This document shows positions 9,138 to 16,588 of a DNA stretch of 64,000 nt, in pieces. The position numbers and the translations under genes were made by a program. This DNA is from an uncultured delta proteobacterium (GTDB lineage Bacteria; Desulfobacterota; WTBG01; CAIYCZ01; CAIRTM01): positions 73,360 to 137,359 of the forward strand of contig CAVRBJ010000027.1 of assembly GCA_963718965.1 (NCBI GenBank), written 5' to 3'. The first letter of the stretch is position 1, and every line of letters begins with the position of its first letter. Under the pieces are notes generated by a model. The model ran no database searches, was not told the origin of the DNA, and worked only from the letters and a program-made list of their open reading frames with translations.

Positions 9138-10088
9138 ATGAAAACCGCAGAAATAGCTTTTTTGCCTGAAGCTGCAGACATGCTCGAAAAAATAGCCGCC
9201 ATCTGGCCGCCTATCATACGGCAGGGCAAAAAAGATAAAATTCTTTTCATGCTCAGCCTGCTTGCCCGCGCCAGAAAGATTAAAAAAGCCGACGCCGCCC
9301 TTGTTATCGAGGCCACGCGCCTGGTTGTGCCTAAGTCCTATGACCCTCTGTTTCATATGTTTGAGGACATGGAGGGGTTTAAGAAGCGCATGCTTGATCC
9401 CTTTGTGAGCGAAGCGGCGTACAACAAAATCCCTGTGAAGGTCAGGCGCTGGCCCACCCCCCGGCCGCGCAATAAAGCGGCTGCCAAACAGGCGAAAACT
9501 ATTCTTGCCGTCTGCGCAAGCCCGCGAGCCCGTGGCAATACCGATATGCTCATCGACGAGGCACTGCGCGGCGCAGCAGATGCCGGCGCGCGCACGGAAA
9601 AGATCATGCTCCACAAAATCAAGATGGGCTACTGCATCGGCTGTCGCAAATGCAAGGAGCCGGACTATGAAAAAATCTGCGTCATAAATGACGACATGGC
9701 AGATGTTTATCAAAAAATCATCGCAGCCGATGCCCTGATAATAGGATTCCCCATCTACACGGGCCGAGAATGCGCGCAGCTTTCGACATTTCTTGACCGC
9801 TGGGACGGCTATGAGCGCTACATGCTCAGCTCGCTGCTCAAGCCGGGCAGAACCGCTATGGTAATCGGCACCTGGGGCTATCCCTGCATCGACACCTATG
9901 ACCACGTGATTGAAAACATCATCTCCATTCTGAACCTGCACAAGGTCAAAACAATCGAGGCCCTGTCGGCCTGCGGATTTGAAGGTATGCGGCACGGCCT
10001 TGATGATCAGCGGCAAGGGGTCATTGCCCGCCATCCGAAAGAGCTCAAAAAAGCGTGTGACGCCGGCCGGGCCCTGGCCTGCAGCTAG
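9138..10088 (+). CDS. Flavodoxin-fold NADPH-dependent FMN reductase / iron-sulfur-flavoprotein-like protein with a roughly 110-aa N-terminal extension
   Basis: The core runs ILAVCASPRARGNTDMLIDEAL...YCIGCRKCKEP...ADALIIGFPIYTGRECAQL, typical of the FMN_red/Isf family. The gene starts 14 nt after the previous stop. Confidence 0.7.
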   Translation: MKTAEIAFLPEAADMLEKIAAIWPPIIRQGKKDKILFMLSLLARARKIKKADAALVIEATRLVVPKSYDPLFHMFEDMEGFKKRMLDPFVSEAAYNKIPVKVRRWPTPRPRNKAAAKQAKTILAVCASPRARGNTDMLIDEALRGAADAGARTEKIMLHKIKMGYCIGCRKCKEPDYEKICVINDDMADVYQKIIAADALIIGFPIYTGRECAQLSTFLDRWDGYERYMLSSLLKPGRTAMVIGTWGYPCIDTYDHVIENIISILNLHKVKTIEALSACGFEGMRHGLDDQRQGVIARHPKELKKACDAGRALACS

Positions 10089-10292
10089 ACACCAACAGGC
10101 CGTGAACAGGCGATTTTCAGTGCCCAGAATATGCCGCGCATGCCCCGCTTCGTTTCACCTGGGAACTTTTTGCCCTTTGCTGAAAACATGGCGGCGCTGT
10201 TTCGCCGCTGCTCACCCTCTAATATTAATTTATCTTCACCGTGCAATATGCTATACCTGCAAAAAAATATATTTGGTTTATAGGGAATTTAT

Positions 10293-12410
10293 ATGAATAA
10301 TGCAGTGATTAAGAAAAAATTTGCGCGCTCCGTTGTCCTGTGGAGCATCATTGTCAACGGTCTGTTTCTGGGCTGCGCGCAGCAGGGATCAGTACGGGCA
10401 ACAGATTTTTCCGGCACTCTTGAGCCCACAAAAGAACTTTCGCAGACAGCCCTGGAGGTGGTTAAGGAGGTCGGCCAGACGCATTATGTCCGCCATGAGC
10501 TTGATGACCGTTTTTCCAGCGCCGTATTCGACCGTTATCTGGCCGATGTCGACCCGACGCGCAGCGCTTTTTTTGCAAAGGATATCCAGGATTTTGAGCG
10601 CTACCGCTACACACTTGACGAAGCGCTCGGCTCAGGCAACCTCAAGCCGGCCTTTACAATCTACAACCGCTATCAGGAGCTCTTTACCGAGCAACTCCTC
10701 TACTGCATCGACCTTCTCGAGAACAAGAGCCAGTCCATCACGTTCGACATTAATGAAAGGATTGAGACCGAGCGCAAAACTGCTCCATGGCCCGCAGATG
10801 CCGCCGAGCTGAAGGACCTGTGGCGCCGGCGTGTCAAGGCGTCTCTTTTGAATCTCAAGCTTGCAGGCAAGACGACAGATCAGGCGCGCGACGTTCTGCT
10901 CAAGCGGTACCGCAATCAGCTCAATCAGATAAAGCTGATAAAGCCCGAAGACGTTGTACAGATTTTTATGAACTCCTATACCCGGTGCTATGATCCCCAT
11001 ACGGAATATCTGCCGCCCCGCGTGTCGGATAATTTCAATATTTCCATGAGCCTGTCTCTTGAAGGAATAGGGGCCGTACTGCAGAATGAAAATGAGTATA
11101 CCAAGGTCGTGAGCCTTGTGAAGGGCGGGCCAGCAGACAAGGCCGGGCAGCTCAAGCCCGCAGACCGCATCATCGGCGTAGGACAGGGCGCCGGCGGCGA
11201 AATCGTCAATGTTGTCGGGTGGCGCATCGATGACGTCGTGCAGCTTATTCGCGGGACCAGGCAAACCGTGGTGCGGCTTGAGGTCATTCCGGCGCATGCC
11301 GCCGATGAGCATCAGAGCACAATCATCAGCATCGTTCGCGATACGGTCAAGCTTGAGGAGCAGGCTGCCAAGAAAAAAATCATCCGGATCGAAAAAGGCG
11401 CCAGGACCTACAAAGTCGGGGTGATAGACGTTCCCACCTTTTATCATGACTTCAAGGGCGATCAAGCACGCACGGGCGCTTTGCGCAGCACGGCCGCCGA
11501 CGTGCGCCGGCTTTTAAACGAGCTCGAGCAGGAAAAAGTCTGCGGCATTGTGCTTGACCTGCGGGACAATGGCGGCGGGGCGCTGAATGAGGCCATTGCC
11601 GTGTCGGGGCTGTTCATCGACAAGGGCCCCATCGTGCAGGTAAAGGACTCCCGCGACAAAGTTTCCGTCTTGTCCGACCCTGAAAAGGGCATTGCCTATG
11701 CCGGGCCTCTGGTGGTGCTGGTGGGCCGCACAAGCGCCTCCGCCTCTGAAATCCTTGTGGGTGCCATGCAGGATTACCACCGCGCTATCATCATGGGCGA
11801 CCAGACCTTCGGCAAGGGCACGGTGCAGGCCCTGCTGCCGCTGAACAAAGGGCAGCTGAAAGTGACGCAGGCAAAATTTTACCGCATAACAGGAGAAAGC
11901 ACGCAGCACAAGGGCGTCTCGCCCGACATCACCTGCCCGAGCATTTATGACAAGAACAAAATAGGAGAAAGCGCGCTGCCCGACGCTCTTGCCTGGGATA
12001 AAATTGCAGCCGTGGACTACAAGGCCGGGCCTGATCCGGGGAACGCAATTGCGGGGCTCAACAGAAGTCATGAGCAGCGGTCGGCGCAAAATCCCGACTA
12101 TATTTATCTGAATGAACTGGCGGGCCATATCCGGACGGTTAGCGACAAGACGGTGGCATCTCTTTCCGAGGAAGTCCGCCGCACGGAGGATGCGCAGGAA
12201 AAAAAGTGGCGCCTTGATCATGAAAACAAGCGCCGGGCGGCAAAAAAACTGCCGCTGCTTGATAAGCTGCCGGACAATGCTACCGACATGGACAATGCCA
12301 CCGGACACGACAATCAGACTGCCGAGCCCGGCATCGACAAAGACCCCGTGCTGACCGAAGCGGCCAATGTGCTGGTTGATTATCTGCCGCTTGCGGCGCC
12401 GGTTAAATAA
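10293..12410 (+). CDS. prc: Carboxy-terminal processing (tail-specific) protease, S41 family with PDZ domain
   Basis: Intact 705-aa ORF with a signal-like N-terminus, a PDZ-like block (VVSLVKGGPADKAGQLKPADRIIGV) and an S41 core (LDLRDNGGGALNEA...GRTSASASEILVGAMQDY...GKGTVQ). Confidence 0.85.
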   Translation: MNNAVIKKKFARSVVLWSIIVNGLFLGCAQQGSVRATDFSGTLEPTKELSQTALEVVKEVGQTHYVRHELDDRFSSAVFDRYLADVDPTRSAFFAKDIQDFERYRYTLDEALGSGNLKPAFTIYNRYQELFTEQLLYCIDLLENKSQSITFDINERIETERKTAPWPADAAELKDLWRRRVKASLLNLKLAGKTTDQARDVLLKRYRNQLNQIKLIKPEDVVQIFMNSYTRCYDPHTEYLPPRVSDNFNISMSLSLEGIGAVLQNENEYTKVVSLVKGGPADKAGQLKPADRIIGVGQGAGGEIVNVVGWRIDDVVQLIRGTRQTVVRLEVIPAHAADEHQSTIISIVRDTVKLEEQAAKKKIIRIEKGARTYKVGVIDVPTFYHDFKGDQARTGALRSTAADVRRLLNELEQEKVCGIVLDLRDNGGGALNEAIAVSGLFIDKGPIVQVKDSRDKVSVLSDPEKGIAYAGPLVVLVGRTSASASEILVGAMQDYHRAIIMGDQTFGKGTVQALLPLNKGQLKVTQAKFYRITGESTQHKGVSPDITCPSIYDKNKIGESALPDALAWDKIAAVDYKAGPDPGNAIAGLNRSHEQRSAQNPDYIYLNELAGHIRTVSDKTVASLSEEVRRTEDAQEKKWRLDHENKRRAAKKLPLLDKLPDNATDMDNATGHDNQTAEPGIDKDPVLTEAANVLVDYLPLAAPVK

Positions 12411-12571
12411 ATTCCGGAGTCAGGAGTTCGGGGTGTCAAGATCCAGAGGATTCAAAACAGTTGAAATCGTAGGGGCAGACCCCCTAGTGTACGCTGCTCG
12501 CACCGGATAAATTGACGTAGGGCGACTGATGTCTGCCTAGACTTCTCTAAACATTTACGAGGATTTCGTTC

Positions 12572-13642
12572 ATGAAAATCGGCATTATCGGCCTGCCCCA
12601 GACCGGCAAAAAAACGTTGTTTCAAATTCTTACGGGCCATGTGTTCACCGAGCACAGCGATCAGAAAAAGCCCGCCATGGGAGTTGCTGATATTATCGAT
12701 CAGCGTTTTGAAAAGCTTGTGCAGATGTATAAACCAAAAAAGCAGATGCATGCCAAGATAGATATAGAGCTGCTGCCCAAGCTTGAAAAAGAGTCCATCG
12801 CCCGGGGCGATATCTTCAAGGATATTGCCGATGTCGATGCCGTCTGCCATGTGGTGCGCGCTTTTGAGGATGAGGCCATCTACCATGTGGACGGCTCCAT
12901 CGACCCCGTGCGCGACATTGATATGGTCGGGGGCGAGCTTATCCTGCATGATCTTCTGTTCATTGAAAAGCGGCTTGAACGGCTCGAAGCGCAGATGAAA
13001 AAGCAGAAGGACGAAAAGCAGCAGAAAGAGCATGAGATGCTGGTGCGCTTCCGGGAGCATTTGGAAAAAGAGCAGCCCCTGCGGCTGCTTGCGCTCAGCC
13101 ACGACGAGGACATGCTGATCCGCAGCTATCCTTTCATCACGCTCAAGCAGATGGTCATCGTGCTCAATGTCGCAGATGATGCGCTGGCTGACATGGCCAT
13201 TATCGAAAAGCTGCGCGCCCGCTGCGATGCTGAAAAGATGGAGGTCATGCAGGTGTCGGCCAAAATGGAGGCCGAGATCGCCGCCCTTGAATCGGAGGCC
13301 GAGCGCAGGGAGTTTTTAAAAGACCTCGGCATCGAGGAGCCGGCCCTGGGGCAGCTCACGCGTCTGTGCCTGAAGGCCCTGGGGCTCATGTCGTTTTTCA
13401 CCGTCGGCGAAGACGAGGTGCGGCAGTGGCTCATCCGCAGAAACGCAACAGCGCCCGAGGCGGCAGGCGCAATTCACTCAGACCTGCAGCGGGGCTTCAT
13501 CCGCGCAGAGGTATTCAAATACGGCGAGCTCATGGCGCACAAGAACGAGGCGGGCCTCAAGGCCGCGGGCAAGCTGTACCTCAAGGGCAAGGACTATATC
13601 GTCGAGGAAGGCGATATCCTGAACATCCGTTTCAAGGTATAA
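12572..13642 (+). CDS. ychF: Redox-regulated ATPase YchF (Obg-family GTPase-like)
   Basis: Starts MKIGIIGLPQTGKKTLFQILTG (P-loop) and has a C-terminal TGS-like ...GFIRAEVFKY...YIVEEGDILNIRFKV. Confidence 0.9.
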   Translation: MKIGIIGLPQTGKKTLFQILTGHVFTEHSDQKKPAMGVADIIDQRFEKLVQMYKPKKQMHAKIDIELLPKLEKESIARGDIFKDIADVDAVCHVVRAFEDEAIYHVDGSIDPVRDIDMVGGELILHDLLFIEKRLERLEAQMKKQKDEKQQKEHEMLVRFREHLEKEQPLRLLALSHDEDMLIRSYPFITLKQMVIVLNVADDALADMAIIEKLRARCDAEKMEVMQVSAKMEAEIAALESEAERREFLKDLGIEEPALGQLTRLCLKALGLMSFFTVGEDEVRQWLIRRNATAPEAAGAIHSDLQRGFIRAEVFKYGELMAHKNEAGLKAAGKLYLKGKDYIVEEGDILNIRFKV

Positions 13643-14028
13643 GTTTATTGCCGGCTTGCAGCCCGGATTCAAGGTTTTTGCCTGTGCCATACTTTTTCGC
13701 TTCAATAATTCGTATGCACCGGGGGGTCTATGAAACAGAGAAGCGTATTTCGTGATGCTGCCGCTCTTTTTTTATACTTGCAATCATCCCCTGTCTCGCC
13801 TGCTGCCCAAACAGTCTCTCCACACATTTCAAACAGGGGGCTCTTCAGTGGCGGACAAACCACCCTTTGGTAAAGACAGCATGCCCGTTTCAACGTGGCA
13901 GTGGTTTTTTATAAACGACAGGGGATGTGCAGCGCTATAATATAAACCATCAACTGCAACACACTAATTGAGCGATAAGAGCAGAAGCATTACGCGGCCT
14001 CAAAGCAGCCTGAATAAAAAGGATAGCA

Positions 14029-14985
14029 ATGGGTTACTTTTTAGCAAAGGGTCGAAGTCTTCTTTGTAATAATGAAGACAAAAAGGCCCTGCCCTATTTG
14101 AAAACAGCTGTACAAAACACCCCTGACAGCGCAGAAGCATTTCTGCATTATGGAATCTGCCTTGACAAGCTTGGCCGCTACAAGGAAGCGGCCGCAGCCT
14201 TTCAGGAGGCGTTGCGCATACAGCCGGATTCTGCCGACACGCACTATTTGCTCGGGCGTGTCTATGTCAAGCTTGACAAGCCCGGGGAAGCGGTTGAATC
14301 ATTTAAAGAGTCGCTGCGCATACAGCCTGATTGGGCTGACGCTTACATAAGCCTGGGGTTTGCATACTCTAAGCTTGGCCGCCATCAGGAAGCAGTCGAC
14401 GCCTGTCATGAGGCTACACGCAAACAACCGGATTGGGCTGACGCTTACATACAACTGGGGCTTGCATACTCAAAGATTGGTCAGCACCAGAAAGAAATCG
14501 ACGCATACAAAAAGGCTCTGCGCATACAGCCGGATAATGCTGAGGTGCACATAAACCTGGGGACGGCATACGGCATGCTTGGCCAGTACCGGAAAGCAAT
14601 CGAAGCCTGTAAAGAGGCGCTCCGCATAAAACCGGATTTTGCTGAAGCACATTTAAACCTCGGGCGGGCATATTCTGCTCACGGCCAGTTCCGGGAAGCC
14701 GTGGAGGCCTGTAAAAAGGCAGTCAAAATAAAGCCTGATTTTACTGATGCACACTTGCATCAGGGGTTTGCTTACGGCAGGGTCGGCCTCTATCAGGCTG
14801 CAGTCGAAGCCTTTAAACAAGCCGTTAAAATAAAGCCTTTTGATTCCGGCGCGCACTATTTACTCGGGCGAGCCTACATTGATATTAATGCCAAAAGTGC
14901 GGCGTGCGAAGAATATAAAATTTTAAAAAACCTGGACAGCGAACTGGCACAGGAGCTTTTTCAGCATATTAATAAGGGTATATAA
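14029..14985 (+). CDS. Tetratricopeptide (TPR) repeat protein
   Basis: About eight consecutive 34-aa units with the pattern ...A...ALRIQPD.A.A...LG.AY...G...EA. Neighbouring units share long identical DNA stretches. Confidence 0.85.
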   Translation: MGYFLAKGRSLLCNNEDKKALPYLKTAVQNTPDSAEAFLHYGICLDKLGRYKEAAAAFQEALRIQPDSADTHYLLGRVYVKLDKPGEAVESFKESLRIQPDWADAYISLGFAYSKLGRHQEAVDACHEATRKQPDWADAYIQLGLAYSKIGQHQKEIDAYKKALRIQPDNAEVHINLGTAYGMLGQYRKAIEACKEALRIKPDFAEAHLNLGRAYSAHGQFREAVEACKKAVKIKPDFTDAHLHQGFAYGRVGLYQAAVEAFKQAVKIKPFDSGAHYLLGRAYIDINAKSAACEEYKILKNLDSELAQELFQHINKGI

Positions 14986-15142
14986 GGGCGTTTCGTGGTA
15001 TAGCTCCACAGGCCAAAACAGAAAATCCTGCCGGACAAATATCCGGCTGGGTTATTCACAATACCCCACCATGTAAAACAGTTCCAGAATTCCATATATG
15101 CTATACTCATTTCATAGAACTTAGCACATTAGGGAGATTGCC

Positions 15143-15687
15143 ATGAAGAAGACCCTTCTATCACTGACACTTGCGGGCGTGTGCTGTTTGTGCGCCTGCT
15201 CAACCACAAAGGAGAATGGTATGATGAAGCCCCTTGACGTTGTGCCTTTGGTCAGCATTGAAAAGTACATGGGCACCTGGTATGAGATAGCCAGATATCC
15301 CAACAGGTTTCAGGAGGGCTGCGTAGCCACGCAGGCAAGTACTCGCTGCGGCCCGACGGCAATGTGAAGGTCCTCAATATCTGCCGTGAGGAGACCGTCG
15401 ACGGGAAAGAGAAATCGATTGAAGGCAAAGCCTGGTCGGTTGACAAGGAAACCAATGCCAGGCTGAAGGTGCAGTTTTTCTGGCCTTTCCGGGGCGACTA
15501 CTGGATCATACAGCTTGATAAAGATTACAACTATGCCGTGGTCGGTGATCCGAAGAGAAACTATCTCTGGATTCTCAGCAGAACCCCCGGTCTTGATGAG
15601 GCCACCTACAGCGCTATTGTGAAAAAGCTCATCGAGCAGGGCTATGATCCGGCCAGGATGATTGTAACGCCTCAGAGAAAAGGCTGA
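15143..15687 (+). CDS. blc: Outer-membrane lipocalin Blc-like lipoprotein, with one apparent frameshift near 15345
   Basis: Lipoprotein signal MKKTLLSLTLAGVCCLCAC, then YMGTWYEIARYPNRFQEGC. The second ORF continues ...KVLNICREE...WIIQLDKDYNYAVVGDPKRNYLWILSR in another frame. Confidence 0.75.
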
Positions 15688-15722
15688 GCAGGCAATGGCT
15701 GCCGTAAGGATGAAGGCCTAAA

Positions 15723-16205
15723 ATGAATGTGTATGATTTTTCAGCCTGGACATTAAGCGGGCATGAAAAAGCGCTTGCCGATTTCAAGGGCAACGTGCTG
15801 CTCATTGTCAACACGGCAAGCAAATGTGGATTTACGCCCCAGTATAAGGGGCTCGAAGCGCTGTATGAAAAATACCGCGCCCGGGGCTTTGAAGTGCTGG
15901 GGTTTCCCTGCAACCAGTTTCTCCACCAGGAGCCTGACGCGGGCAGCGAAATTCAAGCATTCTGCGAACGCAACTTCGGCGTGACATTTCTCATGTTTGA
16001 AAAAATCGATGTAAACGGCACAAACGCCCACCCCCTGTTTCAGTATCTCACTAAAGCAGCCCCGGGCTTTTTAGGGCTTGCGGCCATTAAGTGGAATTTC
16101 ACAAAATTTCTCATCGACTGCAGCGGCACCCCCGTGAAGCGCTACGCGCCCATGACCCCGCCTGAAAAAATAGAAGCGGACATTAAAGCGCTGCTGGCAG
16201 GGTAA
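15723..16205 (+). CDS. gpx: Glutathione peroxidase family protein
   Basis: Contains ...LLIVNTASKCGFTPQYKGLEALYEKY...GFPCNQF...WNFTKFLI, the canonical GPx motifs with Cys at the active site. Confidence 0.9.
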   Translation: MNVYDFSAWTLSGHEKALADFKGNVLLIVNTASKCGFTPQYKGLEALYEKYRARGFEVLGFPCNQFLHQEPDAGSEIQAFCERNFGVTFLMFEKIDVNGTNAHPLFQYLTKAAPGFLGLAAIKWNFTKFLIDCSGTPVKRYAPMTPPEKIEADIKALLAG

Positions 16206-16265
16206 AGCATTTTTCTTTTTACCATTGCCCCAATACAAACTCCAAGTCCGACAAGGCTTCTTTCC

Positions 16266-16470
16266 GTCATACCGGCGAAAGCCGGCATCCAGAGATTTAA
16301 GAGTCTGGGTGTAGGGTGCGCTGTGCGCACCGAAAAAAATCAAAAATTTTTTTCATAATTCCAAATTACTGTTTCAATCCTTTCATCACGGCTATAATGC
16401 ACTCATTATTGGTGCGCACAGCACACCCTACAGGCTGACAACGCCTTTATTGTCATGCCGTAAGCCGGGC
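16266..16470. repeat. MITE-like element bounded by inverted hairpin-forming repeats
   Basis: GTAGGGTGCGCTGTGCGCACC (16311-16331) and its inverted copy GGTGCGCACAGCACACCCTAC (16411-16431, 1 mismatch) flank a 79-nt AT-rich core containing TATAAT (16393-16398). The outer flanks carry the GCCGGCGAAAGCCGGC hairpin (the PAFAGMT-type repeat) and TGTCATGCCGTAAGCCGGGC. Confidence 0.5.
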
Positions 16471-16588
16471 CTGCAATAAAGCAGCATTTTTAAACCTTGT
16501 AAAAAACCATCACTATCTGCTACAAGATCTCTCTCTGAGACTGTTCAGCATTACATCATAATTTGCCTTCTCTATAGAAACGCATCAC

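Noticed and set aside
9030-10034. Long antisense ORFs lie opposite well-supported genes. Examples are 9030..10034(-), 6522..7373(-), 10632..11465(-), 11514..12308(-), 17978..18901(-) and 19366..20223(+). Others are 23831..24604(-), 26196..26777(-), 27231..27887(-), 41173..42213(+), 48269..48910(+) and 50648..51436(+). The set also includes 59154..59804(+), 59521..60357(+), 60522..61310(+) and 62487..62990(+).
   Set aside because: These are typical high-GC shadow ORFs. Their translations are Arg/Ala/Gly/Pro-rich with no motifs. Each fully overlaps a gene with clear family signatures on the other strand.
16071-16343. ORFs 16071..16343(-) and 16142..16330(-) downstream of gpx
   Set aside because: They are translations of intergenic repeat elements (the PAFAGMT-type hairpin and the GTAGGGTGCGC palindrome). 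They overlap the gpx 3' end.
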